64,000 nucleotides of DNA from Octopus vulgaris (GCA_951406725.2 OX597823.1:93434001-93498000), one strand, 5' to 3'; shown: positions 39,457-53,963, counted from the stretch's first letter. Numbers and translations: made by a program. Notes: a model not told the origin generated them from the sequence alone.

Positions 39457-40816
39457 CATGTATATCGTCTAACTGGTAAAGTTTGAGAATATTGGTATCT
39501 GTACCAGTTGAAATGCTGGTTTAATCATGAAAACGCTATATAAATCGACTTTAGAAAGAAAAACATAAAATGAGTCCGTATTGTAAAGAATCTACTAATA
39601 TACTTGACATTTCGAAACATGAATTTTTACAACTGGACAGACAGCAATCCATCTTATAGCAACCAACATATACTGCTCACAATCGGCCTATATGTTTCAG
39701 ACTAGCTGAAGTCAATGAACGATCGACCGCACGAACGAAACCTTAGTTTCGGCTTTTTAGCTTCTCTTTCACGCAACATAATTGCCGACTTTTTTTTCTC
39801 AGAATGTTTATAATTTATCCGTCTCCCCTCTGTCTCTGGGAGTAATTACATGTTTGAAGATTTCTTTTGTTCTCTTATGTCTTTTCGGTTTTCAATCACG
39901 CCAGCTTCGGTGTGCGTATGTTATTTTCATAACATACATTTTAAACGCTGTGAGTTATGAGGGTAATAAAAATCTTTAAGCTGTAAAGAATAGAATTTTT
40001 AATAAACTAAAAGAGAAACATCCGAAAATTCTCTGAAATGAATAATAGTGACGTTATTAAATAATGTTTTTGTTTTTTTTTTATATTTTTGTTTTGGAAA
40101 AGAAAACATGTAGAGAAATGGATGGAAAAGAGAAGTAGAAGTACGAAGTAACGTCTATCTTTACACAAACTATATGAAAATATATTATTACAAAATTGAA
40201 TGAGAAGACTTCGTTTTTTTTCCAGCTTGTTTGTTTGTTTTTAGCAATAAGAGAAGATGAGACGAAAGATTGTTACAACACGAGATGACAAAAAATTTCT
40301 CAGTCTTGTTAACAACTTGGAGAAGCTAATATTGAGAAGTAAACAACGTAGAAAACTAAGAAATATAAGCGATTAAAATGCATCATTACCATACTTACAC
40401 ATGTATTGGTGTTCGTCGGTTTAGTCGGGGAAAAGCCCATAGTTTTTGAAAGATGTATCAGACATTTCTCGAAGCAGATTTCTGTGGAACAGTGGTTCTA
40501 AGGAAAGTGTATGCAGGTCTCGAGTTTGAGAAAAAGTATATATATATATATATATATATATAACTGTTTAGTATTGGTATTGGGGGAATGAAGCCGATTG
40601 CATCAGACAGTATTGACTGGAGGTGGGGGTGCTCCTTGCAAGTTTCCAGGAAGAATGTTTATCTGCAAGAAATGGAAGCGCTCTGTAGCATGATAAACCT
40701 GCAGGAAACCCTTAAGGGAATTGTAAGCGTTTCTTCTGATGGCGACTAAAAGTCATTGCAATGTCTCTAACTTTTCCGTAGCATCGGCGGATATCTCGTA
40801 AAGAAATAGTCAATAA

Positions 40817-41090
40817 CAGGCGTGGCTCTGTGATTAGAAATCTACCTCTCAACCACATGGTTCTGGGATCAGTCCTACTGCGTGGCACCTAACCCAAGTG
40901 TCTTCCATCGTAGCCTCGATCCGACAAAAATCTTTTGAGTGGGTTTGGTAGACAGTGTGTGTTTGTATGTATGTATGCATGTATGTATGTATGTATGTAT
41001 GTATGTATGTATGTATGTATGTATGTATGTATGTATGTATGCATGTATGTATGCATGCATGTATGTATGTATGTGAGTGTGTGTGTGTGA

Positions 41091-41125
<35 letters not shown>

Positions 41126-41340
41126 CAGGTATGTGTGTTTGAGTGTTTGTCCCGCACCAACGCTCAACAATCGGTATCGTCGTGTTTATGGTTCCGTAAC
41201 ATAGTGTTTCGGGAAAACAGGCCAATAGAATGAACACCAGACTTTTACAAAATGTGTATTGCGGTTGATTCGTTAGAGTAAAATGGTTCGAGGCCGTGCT
41301 CCAACATAGCTGTTGTCTTACGACTAAAATAAATAAAGCA
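40817..41340 (+). mobile_element. type B SINE with expanded internal microsatellite
   Basis: caggcgtggct.tgtg...aaccacatggttct...tgcgtggcacc head, with a decayed tail. Confidence 0.8.
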
Positions 41341-41859
41341 ATAAACAACACAACGTAACAGGCAAAGCTACAAGGCAATACGAAAGCAAATGGAATACGA
41401 TATATATATTCTACACGTTGTAAAACAAAACAAAACATAAATAAGCACCATGAAGTAAATTCTCATTGACTCAAGAAGTTATAAACGTCTTATGAAGAGT
41501 AAAACATGTGTAACAGTGAACCATGTTCGGTAGAAGCATTGCAAATGATCGATCAATAATGAATGCTAACTCGCTCCGTATATCGGTGAGGCCAGAGTTT
41601 AACATTTATTCGATCTCGTGATTGAATTGCTAGCCGTGAAACTAACCTGTGAGTGACTGAAGAACTCATACAAACGTATCGGGTTGTTGCGTTTCATAGG
41701 CTGATTCATCGAGGAATTACATGAATTTGTTACGTATTCAGTTTATGCTATGTAGAGAGACACGAAATAATAGAGGAGAAGCGACATAGAGAAGGAGAAA
41801 AAGAAATACAGAGAGAGGAAGACAGACAGAATTCAGTAGAGAAGTGTGCTTTCATACAT

Positions 41860-42070
41860 TGATTTCAAACTTTGGCACAAAGTCAATAATTTCGGGTGAG
41901 GGTCAAGTCGATTACAGTGACAGCAGCGTTCAGCTGGTAATTATTTTGGTTACGCTAAAAGAAATGCAAAGTAGACCTCTGCAGAATTTGAACTCAGAAA
42001 TTAAAGGTGGGTGTAATGCCTCGAGCCTTTTCCCGGTACACTAACGATTCTGCCACCTGACTGCCTTATA
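41860..42070 (-). mobile_element. decayed type A SINE
   Basis: gaatttgaactcagaa...ctaacgattctgcca. Confidence 0.7.
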
Positions 42071-42602
42071 TGATGATACCGAAGGATGACCCGCAAAGCT
42101 CACTTGGAATTCAAAACGTACATAGCGGAAGCGAATGCCAAGAATTTTTGCCTTTGATCTTGCCGTCTGGCTTCCACACCAACGCCTGATTCTTAGTGTT
42201 TCTGGCTGAGTATTCCTTCGATTGGTGCATTCAAAACAGCATTTCCAAATAGAATCAGAATCACACAAACTAATTTCAGTCAAAAGTAGAATGAACACGC
42301 ATACACACAAGTATACATTTATATGCGTGCCTACATATAAACATATATATACATATATTTATGCATGTAGCCATATATACATAAAGCACACATACATAAA
42401 TACATACACACATCGAGAATACACACGCAGTTACAGACATGAATTTTAATAGTCATAAAATTCACACGCTTCTGTATGGATGTTACACGGACATTTTCTA
42501 CACGAAGGCAAGTTCATCCGTACGCATACATATGAATAGAAAGCACAAACACACACACACATACACACAATTCACACACACACACACACACACTTATGTG
42601 TT

Positions 42603-42635
<33 letters not shown>

Positions 42636-42804
42636 GAATGTTTAAGTAGTTGAATGAATTATCCTAGTATGGATAATTCGGTTAACCGATACCCGGGTAG
42701 CAAATTTACGTCAGAAAGCACGGTTGAAACTACATGCCAAGAGTAGAAATCACTATGGACTCTGTGTGGGCAGTCATCTAAAAGTTTTTGTTCGCATGAT
42801 GCTG

Positions 42805-42917
42805 ACATAAGTTCCTTGTCTTTCCTGATGAGAAGGCGGCACAATGCACCCTTTATTCCTTCGGAATTAAGAATATGCAGTCTTCGAAACATGTGTCGAA
42901 AATAAAGGAATTTTGTT
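42805..42917 (+). ncRNA. type I hammerhead ribozyme, canonical core, predicted cleavage after C42897
   Basis: TTTC(42821-24)-CTGATGA(42825-31)-GAAGGCGGCA...TGCAGTCTTC-GAAA(42886-89)-C-ATGT-GTC-GAAA. Stem I continues as TTCCTT/AAGGAA. It lies in a roughly 300-bp island between (TA)n tracts. Confidence 0.8.
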
Positions 42918-42938
42918 AAATCGTCGTTCGACTCTTTC

Positions 42939-42969
<31 letters not shown>

Positions 42970-43036
42970 CTTATATATATATATGTGTGTATGTAAGTAT
43001 ACATATATGTATATATGTATGTATATATATATATGT

Positions 43037-43089
<53 letters not shown>

Positions 43090-43092
<3 letters not shown>

Positions 43093-43812
43093 GTTGATTG
43101 AAAAGTGACTCCCTATTTTAAAATACTTATAATATATTTATTAACTATAATTTTTAGAAAAAACACATATGTAAAGAAAGTGTATAGCATGGAATTTTAT
43201 TTAAAATTTGATATAGGCATCAGCATTCACCACCAGCTTCTGAAGCCACCTGGGAACCACATCAACTGATTTCATCAGGAACTCTTGTGGAATGCAAGAT
43301 ATAACTTCTCGTATTCATCCTTTCAGTTCTTCCAAAGTCATTGGTTTGGTAGAGAAGACTTCCAACTTTAACCAACCCCAAAGAAAACGGTCGCAGGGTG
43401 TTAAATCAGGGCTTCTGGCCAGCCAGTCATGCAGAACTTGATGGATTGAAAGGACGACCACTTCAAGTATCAGCTAAAAATCCTGTGGTCATGAATTTTG
43501 CATGGCAATTTTTGATTATCTTTGCATCAAGTTGAGCATGTCTTCCTCTAATGGTCCTCCACCATCTTGGCATGTGAACAACTGATCTCCAAACTTCGTA
43601 ATGTGCAGCTAGGTGGGCATGCTCCTGCACAGTAGAACATCCAGCCATGTTTGTAGGGATTCTAAATTTCAAACAAAATAATCAATCTGAAAAAAGACAT
43701 GGTATCAATTCCCATACATTAAAGAACATACACAACAAATTTGAGAACAAAATTATAGTTAATAAATAAATTATAAGCATTTTAAAATAAGAAGTTACTT
43801 TCCAATCACCCT

Positions 43813-43813
<1 letters not shown>
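43090..43813 (-). mobile_element. internally deleted Tc1/mariner-superfamily element
   Basis: About 60-bp TIRs (caggttgattgaaaagtgact / agttacttttccaatcaccctg) in (TA)n. Minus strand WLARSPDLTPCDRFLWGWLK...LEELK. Confidence 0.88.
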
Positions 43814-43875
<62 letters not shown>

Positions 43876-43894
43876 TTATTTATTTATTTACATA

Positions 43895-43949
<55 letters not shown>

Positions 43950-44386
43950 TTGTTTGAGTGTATGTGACGAGGGGTGTAGAACGCGCATACGTTTAACGCT
44001 CTATCTGCTATGATTGCGGTTACGTAATGATTAGATTATGCAAATGTTGTGCGGTGGAAAATATTTCCGGTACGGGTTAACACTGCGAGAACATCTTGCA
44101 GTTTCTCAAATTTGATTATTCTTGGTGCTTGGGTCAAAGGCAGAATTGTTCAACGATACCACTTTTGCGATCATTTCATTTCAAATTCAAATCTACCGAA
44201 TACGGCAAGAGTTCGGATAAATGCGGCAAAGTCTTATATGAGTGACATTTCGATATTGTTTCGGTAAAATGAAGTACGGAGAAGAAAGCCTCTGTTTTTA
44301 TTTGGAGATGGCTACTGAGGCGAAGGCCATATGAACATGTACTCATGCGCACACACATGAAATACAAATACACACACGCACAATAA

Positions 44387-44434
<48 letters not shown>

Positions 44435-45406
44435 TACACACACACACATTCATATTTATATATAAATGTGTGTGTGCGAAGTATGTTGATATACTCATCT
44501 AATTAGTAGCCAGGTCACCTCCAATAAAACCTGAGAATCTCTACTTTTCCTTATGGATGTGCTTGAACATCTCTCTCTCTTTCTCGCAAGTCATCTATCC
44601 ATCCGTCTATCTATCTGTATATGTTAGGGTTATATATATATACAATATATATATATATACAATATATTATATATATACATATATACAATATATTATATAT
44701 ATACATATATATATATAATATATTATATATAAATTTATTATATAAGTTTTTTGTGCTAAGCCACTCGGTGTTAAATTAATGGTATTATTAAATTAATATC
44801 GATTTTTCACCCTCATTTATAAATTTATAAATTTAACTATGCGGCAGTAAATATTTTATTTGATGCGGCATACGTTTCCAATGGAGTCTTGGCATGATTT
44901 TGGCGCGGAATTTGAGACATAACTAAAAATGTAATTCGTTGGACCGCTCGTGTTTTTGACGCTCGAATCGATCCAATTAATTGCATTTGAGACAAACTCT
45001 GCTGAAGATTTATAGATGTATGTGTAAGTAAAACTACATATTACATTAGTAATGAAACAATTGTACAGGGTCAATCTATTTTATTCGTTGTATTTCACTT
45101 TCCTTCCGTTAGATGTATGTTGATTCTAGTTGGAAACAGATCTTCTGTGGTTGCTTCGGAGCTATTTTTAGCACTAGAGTTATCCACATAGTGGTTAACT
45201 CTCTAATAATTTATGTCATATATTATATATATACATATGCACACAGACATACAGCGTATTGATATATACAATTAATTTGATTTACATCAAATTTCAATTA
45301 ATCATTATCACAGTAATGCAATTATACATTTCGTGTTTATCTTAATGAAACAGTTGTTAAATATAACTAAAATATAAACAGTATATATTTAAGTGTGTTT
45401 GTGTAT

Positions 45407-45456
<50 letters not shown>

Positions 45457-46567
45457 AAAGATATATTTATCTTTCTCTCTCTTTCTTTCTCCTTGTATAT
45501 ATATATATATATGAATCCGTTTAGGTATTTCTCTTCTAAAGTTTGTTATATTTCATTTCATTTTGTTTTATTTATTTTATTTTAATTTTTTATTTTACTT
45601 TAGCCATGCTCATGTAAAGCTTCCTGTTTCAACAGTGTTTAATAATATAACAATGTTAACATTAACGTTTCTATGAAGTCTATAATTCCTGATACACTCT
45701 CATGCTATGAAGATATCTGTGTACATAGAATCATGTTCATAGACTTCAGACAACTTTTAATAAACGTAATTAGCAAACACAAGTTAATGTTTTGTTTTGC
45801 TTTATTTAAAAAAAAATATATTAGAAAATACATATAAAAAAACACACAACAGGAAACAAAACAAGTGAAAGCAGAAACGAAACTCCTGCATGAAAAGTTT
45901 CTAGTTACAGTGGGTGAGCTTAAATAAACTACTCGCCTTTGGTTGACTAACACGAGACAGAATATTTGCAACGGAAATATTGTTAGCTGCTACATTGAAC
46001 CAGACCAAAGTATTTCGAGGCATCGCTTTTAAAAAAGCACACATTTTATTAGTGTTGTCACGTCACCGAAGACTGGGTTTTTCAATTGATTTGTGTCAAA
46101 TATCCTTCCAGATAGGTTTCATATTCTAGTTAGTGTTAGAGCAGATATTTGTCTTCTTTATATCCTATTAGATTATGAAAGAAAAACAAATAATAATAAT
46201 AATAATAATAACAAGAACAGCAACGAAACATTGCAAGTGAGAGATTTGAAGCTTTTCAAATTGCTAACACATATCACAGAACTGCCTGGAATAAATCTAA
46301 AAAAAAAATGTTTTACAAAAATGAAGTTTTGATTATTCGATAAATCACTTAGGTATATCTTCACATGCGAAAGCACATAGAATTAAGTTCTTATTCACAC
46401 GCGTAAGTTCAACCAGAACTAAAAGTACATACACACATATGCGTGAGAGACATGTTTCTACAGAACTTCTTCCAGCGCACATCAAGCGACACTAATATTA
46501 ACAAGTTAACACATATTAGCAATAAGCAATAGCAAAAACAAAAGAAACAATACTATAGACACACATC

Positions 46568-46600
<33 letters not shown>

Positions 46601-46641
46601 AAAGACACTCGGGGTGACACACATATATGTGTATATATATA

Positions 46642-46787
46642 TTATTATTTTTCTTAAACAACAATGTTATTGACAGTGAGTTCGAAGTTTTGATCAATTA
46701 AGGCATAGTCGAGCTGCTTGATGATTGCTAAACTGGCCGAAACTTCGAAGTCACAATCAATAATATTCTTGGTTAAGAAGAACAATA
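46642..46787. mobile_element. palindromic element with hammerhead on each arm (family P1)
   Basis: Arms of about 72 bp around 46715. Right arm TTGATGA-TT-GCTA-AAC-TGGC-C-GAAAC-TTCGAA-GTC; the left arm is a more decayed reverse complement. Confidence 0.7.
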
Positions 46788-47059
46788 AACGCGTTCTGTA
46801 AAAATGTATAGAGTAACCCGTCAGAATAATATAAGACTGTTTTTATTATATATTGTAAGTGAACACGAAACCAAACATCAACAGATATATATATAAATAT
46901 ATATTTATATATATATATATATATCTGTTGATATATATATATATATATATTTATTTATATTATTTTATTTTATAGCTATGTATTGAGTACCTTATTTACT
47001 GTGGTTAACCCCGACTCAACCCGGGACCTACATATATATATATATATATATATATGTTG

Positions 47060-47352
47060 TCAGTGTTTATTGAGAGAAAACACATAAATGCCCCCACGCT
47101 GCTCCGGCGGTGGGTTATGGCCAACCCTGCTATACTGTTTCACTACAACTTTCTCTCACTCTTTCTTCCTGTTTCTCTTGTACCTATATTTCAAAGGGCC
47201 AGCCTTGTCGCATCTTTGTCATGATGAATCTACGCGTAAACTGCGTTAAGGTCACACACGTCTGTGGAGTTCTCAGCCACTTTCACGTTAATTTCACGAC
47301 CTGGTTGTTCCATTAATTGGAACCCTCGTCGTTGTAACCGACGGAGTGACAT
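47060..47352 (+). mobile_element. 5'-truncated type C SINE
   Basis: Matches 15395-15685. Confidence 0.8.
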
Positions 47353-47391
47353 ATGTTTATATATACTTACATACATACATGCATACATACA

Positions 47392-47459
<68 letters not shown>

Positions 47460-48227
47460 TACATACATATATTTATATATATATACATACAGACATATAT
47501 ATTTATATATATATAGATAGATAGATATAGATATATATAGTTAGATTATGTTCAACAACATACAGAGCATCAACATGAATCTTCTTAAGTGGGAGGCTGG
47601 TTAATTACTCAATATCAATGCAGTTGTAGTTAATGAGCAAGGCTTTCGCATATTCAGGTTGTTAAAATTAAAATTAGAATTAAGATACACAAATAAATAG
47701 AACAAAAACACTTAAATAAATAAATAAATAAATAAATACAACTTGTTTCAAAAATGCAGCCAACTATAAAATCTAATTAAATAAATAGAGACAACGAGAA
47801 AATTTCACTGAAAACAGCAGAAAAAAGAACAACAACAACAACAACACGATAATGCGAAACTACACTCGCCAAATTCAATTCAATAACAAGTATGTAAGAT
47901 TAAATAAAAAAAATTTAATGCATCGACAATGATAAAATATTTTCTCACCTAAAATATGGTCTGAGTATGTAGTGTTAAAGCTACAATTTTTTTTTGTTTC
48001 GGTACATTATTAGACACTTTCAGCTTTCATGTAATAATACTATTATTGCCTCCTAACTTTATTTGAAATTGTTGTATCTGTGAAAACCAGTGTAAAACGC
48101 AGTTAAACGTCCAAAAGTTTGCCGCTGTAATTTGTACGTTAGAACTATTCCATGAAGCTCGAACGTAGAAGTTCAAGATCAGTTTCCCCCAAGGCTGTTT
48201 CATCTGTCTTTTACTGGTTGCACTCAC

Positions 48228-48414
48228 TAGGCTGCGGCCATGCTGGAGACTTTTAGTCGAAATAATCGAGTCCAGTACTTTTATAGTTTTTGCAAAGCCT
48301 GATTCTTATTCTACAGGTTCTTTTGCCGAACTGCTAAGCTATAAGATGAAAACACACCAGCATCAGTTCCCATGCGTTGGGAATGGACAAACAAAGGCTC
48401 AAAGATACGCGCAC

Positions 48415-48459
<45 letters not shown>

Positions 48460-48665
48460 CACATAATTTATTAATGAAGCGGCAAAGACATCGCAAAAAC
48501 TGTTACACAGAGTTTAACGTTCCGGTTCGTCGAACGGGAACGTGAAACTCTGAGTAACAGTTTTTGTCATGCCTTTGCAGCTTTATTAATAAAGCATATT
48601 AGTTTACCTCCGGTAACCAAGTACTATTTTTCCCAACTTGTTCCACATTTTATGTGCTTACTCTG

Positions 48666-48733
<68 letters not shown>

Positions 48734-48764
48734 GTATATTTCGTTGCGTCTTGCAACCTTTTCA

Positions 48765-48826
<62 letters not shown>

Positions 48827-49089
48827 GTCTAGATATATACATATGTCTGGATATATATATATGTGCGTGTGTATGTATGTAGGGAGGTAGGTAGGTAGGT
48901 AAGCAGGCAGGTAGGTAGGTAGGTACAACGGGCTCTTTCATTTTCCATGTATCAAATCTACTCACGAGCCACTAGGTGGTCCCAGTCTAGAGTAGAAGAC
49001 ATCTGCATAAAATGTCACACAGTGGGACTGAATCCGTTACTAAGTGGATGGTTGGAAAGCAAACTTCTTACCACAAAAGCCACGCCTGT
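48228..49089 (-). mobile_element. type B SINE interrupted in its internal (TA)n by a palindromic element
   Basis: 3' half at 48228-48420 and 5' half at 48925-49089. Confidence 0.75.
48467..48670. mobile_element. palindromic element P2 (63-bp arms, 48467-48593) with hammerhead 3' halves
   Basis: Centre ttcg-t-cgaa at 48530. Right arm CGA-ACG-GGAA-CGT-GAAAC-TCTGA-GTA-ACAG. Confidence 0.75.
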
Positions 49090-49409
49090 GTCTATCTGTT
49101 TGTTTTCATTGTACATTTTTGATACGGTTGTAAACTCTTGTAGTCTGCTGGATAGATTGATGTTCGCATGATCGTGATTTTGTCTCCCGAACCTAACGCT
49201 GCGTTGATTTATTGAGCAAAACAGTTCCTTTTCTTTTCCTTCAGTACTGTAAATGAATAACAATGGAATGGCGTCTCATTTAGGAGGATTTTTGTAACTT
49301 CGGTCGCGAAAACCGAGTAAACGACCTCATGAGTCCGAGTATTCAAGACAGTACTTACTTATATACGTTAAAGATTTGGTTGTGAAGCAGTTAACACACG
49401 ATAATTCTT

Positions 49410-49636
49410 ATATTTTATTGCCCACAAGGGGCTAAATATAGAGGAGACAAACAAGGACAGACAAACGGACTAAGTCGATTATATGGACCCCAGTAACTGG
49501 TACTTATTTAATCGACCCCGAAAGGATGAAAGGCAAAGTCGACCTCGGCGGAATTTGAACTCAAAACGTAGCGGCACACGAAATAACGCTAAGCATTTCT
49601 CCCAGCGTGCTAACGTTTCTGATAACTCACCGCCTT
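49410..49636 (-). mobile_element. type A SINE
   Basis: Near-identical to 2537-2764. Approximate TSD acac(g/a)ataattct. Confidence 0.88.
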
Positions 49637-50086
49637 GTCACACAATAATTCTATTCACAAAACATTACACCTCTTAATACTCTATCGCCTATCATATAAT
49701 CAGTTGCCGTAATCCCGTGCATAATAATCTATAAAATCACTTTCTTTTGTATCTAAGACTTCAAAATTTTATGCTGCATTTATTTAGTGAAGTAAAGTGA
49801 TTGTTAAAGTGCTATGTAAAACTATGTGAAAATCACTATGTGAAAATCAGCATTTATGTAAAGAATCTGGTTCCACTTATTTTGCTCACCACAGCAGATG
49901 TCCCGCAATAAGGACGAAAATTTGAAATATAAATAAAAACAATCTGCCGAGAATTACATGAATGTATTATTTTTTTTATTGATAGGCGCACACCTCGCCT
50001 GTGTACATAGATATATCTATTTGTATCATATATCACATCTGTGGAAGTATATATGTAGTATTGCACATACACAAACACTGCCGCCC

Positions 50087-50134
<48 letters not shown>

Positions 50135-50137
<3 letters not shown>

Positions 50138-50520
50138 TTTCATTCTTTACTTGTTTCAGTCATTTGGCTGGGATCATGCTGGAGCACCGCCTTTTAGTCG
50201 AACAAATCGACCCTTAGACTTATACTTGGTAAGCTACGTATGTATTCTATCGGGGTCTTCCGCCGAACCGCTATGTTATGTGGATGTAAACACACCAGCA
50301 TCGGTTGTCCAGCGATAGTGGGGAAGGGGGACAAACACAGACACAAAGACAGACACATAAATATATACATATATACACAACGGGCCTCTTTCAGTTTCCG
50401 TCTGTAAAATCCGCTCACAAAGCTTTGGTCGGCCCGAAGCTACAGTGCACGCAGCAGGACTTAACCCTGAACCATGTGGGTAGGAAGCAAGCTTCTTACA
50501 ACACAACCACATCTGCACCT
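50135..50520 (-). mobile_element. type B SINE
   Basis: Tail tgtttcagtcatttggctg..atcatgctggagcaccgcc; head aaccatgtgg.t.ggaagcaagcttctta. Confidence 0.85.
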
Positions 50521-50535
50521 CTCCCCCTCTCTCTC

Positions 50536-50593
<58 letters not shown>

Positions 50594-50701
50594 CATATAT
50601 ATATGTATGTATATATATATGTATGTATATATATATATTCTATTGGCATCCTTTCTGTCTCGGGAGACAATGGAGTTGCGCATGAAGTAGTCTAGTCCGG
50701 A

Positions 50702-51535
<834 letters not shown>

Positions 51536-51540
51536 ATTAT

Positions 51541-51595
<55 letters not shown>

Positions 51596-51783
51596 GGTGA
51601 GAGACAGAGGGGGTTATGAGAGGTAATGGTGTCAATAAGGCACAAAGGTGTCAGGTAATGCTGAGTAAGAGCTATGGATAGACCATAGTTAAGCTCCAAG
51701 TTCAGTAATTATGCGAATAAGGAGTCCAACGTAGGCCGTATATCAGCATGTATGTATATATATGTATATGTGTATATATATGT

Positions 51784-51835
<52 letters not shown>

Positions 51836-51900
51836 GAAATATTAAAATTACTAAGTCTCTCTAAAATTTTTATAAGAATGCCATATTAGTATGGTGATAA

Positions 51901-51950
<50 letters not shown>

Positions 51951-51951
<1 letters not shown>

Positions 51952-52275
51952 TGTGACCCCCTTCGGTCAGACACTGACCATGGACTTGTACCTAGAGAGT
52001 TACCCTCTGAGGCACAAGTCTGAGCAAGGTTGTTTTTATGGAAGACCAGCAGTCGCCCATGCATACCGGCCTCCCCTCTCCACGACACCTGTGTTATCCA
52101 AGGGAAAGGCAAAGGGGCCGATACAGCTTGGCTCCTGTGACGTCGCAACTCATTTCTACAGCTGAGTGAACTGGAGCAACGTGAAATAAAGTGTCTTGCT
52201 CAAGAACACAACACGCAGCCCGGTCCGGGATTCGAGCTCACAATCTCACGATCGTGAGCTCGACGCTCTAACCGC
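51951..52275 (-). mobile_element. tRNA-derived SINE type D (type C-like head, different body and tail)
   Basis: Minus strand ggttagagcgtcgagctcacgatcgtgagattgtgagctcgaatcccgg tRNA-like head, then gtgttgtgttcttgagcaagacactttatttcacg. Confidence 0.8.
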
Positions 52276-52300
<25 letters not shown>

Positions 52301-52306
<6 letters not shown>

Positions 52307-52593
52307 TGTTTCAGAATGAGATAAAAAACAAGGCTGTGAAGATTTTAGAGCATTTATAAATAGGTCTTACAGATGTTTCCAGGATATTTATCATATCCCT
52401 TCATCGGAGACGGTGTGAGAAAATGGTTCACTTCACTCTCTGTTTCATATCTTATCTAAATCAACTATTGCTTAACCATCTTTTCACAGCGTCTCCGATA
52501 AAGGGATATAATAATTAACCTGGAAACAGCTGTAAGATCTATTTATAAATGTTCACAGCTTTGTTTTTTATTTTATCTCATTCCGAAAAAACG

Positions 52594-52597
<4 letters not shown>
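52301..52597. mobile_element. palindromic element P3 (about 125-bp arms, about 45-bp spacer) with a hammerhead on each arm, in (TA)n
   Basis: Minus 52364-52411: GTCT-CCGATGA-A-GGGATAT-GATAA-ATATCCT-G-GAAAC-ATCT-GTA-AGAC. Plus 52491-52538: GTCT-CCGATAA-...-GAAAC-AGCT-GTA-AGAT. Confidence 0.82.
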
Positions 52598-52643
<46 letters not shown>

Positions 52644-52658
52644 TTTCAGAATGAGAAG

Positions 52659-52712
<54 letters not shown>

Positions 52713-53667
52713 TATATATATTTCTTTTTCAGAATGAGAAGATTTATATATATATATAACCTTTTAAGATGAGGTAACGTAAACTAAAATTAACTTACCT
52801 GGTAATCTTTGATCTTATATGTATCCAATATTTCGGGACATACAAGAACCTTCTTCGTTAGACGTTTCTTATCGGAGATAAAATAATTTTATGATTATAT
52901 TTGAATTTTCGAGCGTTTGTCTTCTTCCGTAATGTTAGTGACGTCAATTAGTAACTTATCACTCCACAAATCAATTTTCACCATCTCTTTTCTAATATGC
53001 AGCAAATGTGTCCGTGTGTGTATGTCATATTATGTATTGCGTGCCTATCCAATCTATTATTTATTTGTGGGTCTCATTTATAGAGAATCAAAGCTTTCTT
53101 AATTCTTAAGTTACCGAGATTTCTATCATTGGCTTCAATAGTAACTTAAATTTGTTTCTTAGTATTTTTACATTTATCAATGTGTTTTTTGAATGAGGAT
53201 GCGCGTGTCTGTTGAAATGTTCTTTAATGCGAATATGCAAAGTTCGAGTTGTTCTGCCTATATAAAATGCCTTACATTTGTTGCATTCTATTCGTTATAC
53301 TACATGTGTCCACTGGAACATACCTGTATCGCTGATAAGATAGTTAGTCAATGAGCATTGATTGTTGTCTCTGGATTGCTTTTTATTCAGGAATCTGCGC
53401 AGACAGGGACCGGAGTGTGCTACTTCGAAGAGCCATACGCAGCGAAGCTCTAGACATACAATTTATCGCCCCCGAAAGTGATGTTAGCGACGTCTACGAA
53501 AAAGCACCTACTTGCGATAACGTGATCTTTCATTCAGTCAAGATACTCGTAGCCAGATGAGTAGCTTGCTATATACACATAGCTTGGAAATTTACAGTTC
53601 TGAGGTTCTGCTCGCTAAGAGACATATGTAGCCCGGATCTTATTTTCTTCATATCTTAACTTTTGTG

Positions 53668-53715
<48 letters not shown>

Positions 53716-53917
53716 TGTGTGTGTGTGTTTGTGTGTGTGTGTGTATAATTAAATAACCCAACTTTGATAGATATGGTACATCCGAATGTGTCCGAACCAT
53801 ATTCTAACGGGGTAATTTTTTTACAGAAATGCACATTCTTATTCACTAGCCATAGCTATACACATACACACATACATACATAATACATATGTATGTATGT
53901 ATCTCTCTCTCTCTCTC

Positions 53918-53963
<46 letters not shown>

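Noticed and set aside
53391-53560. Possible exon after ttttattcag
   Set aside because: No recognisable protein in any frame and no supporting neighbouring exons.
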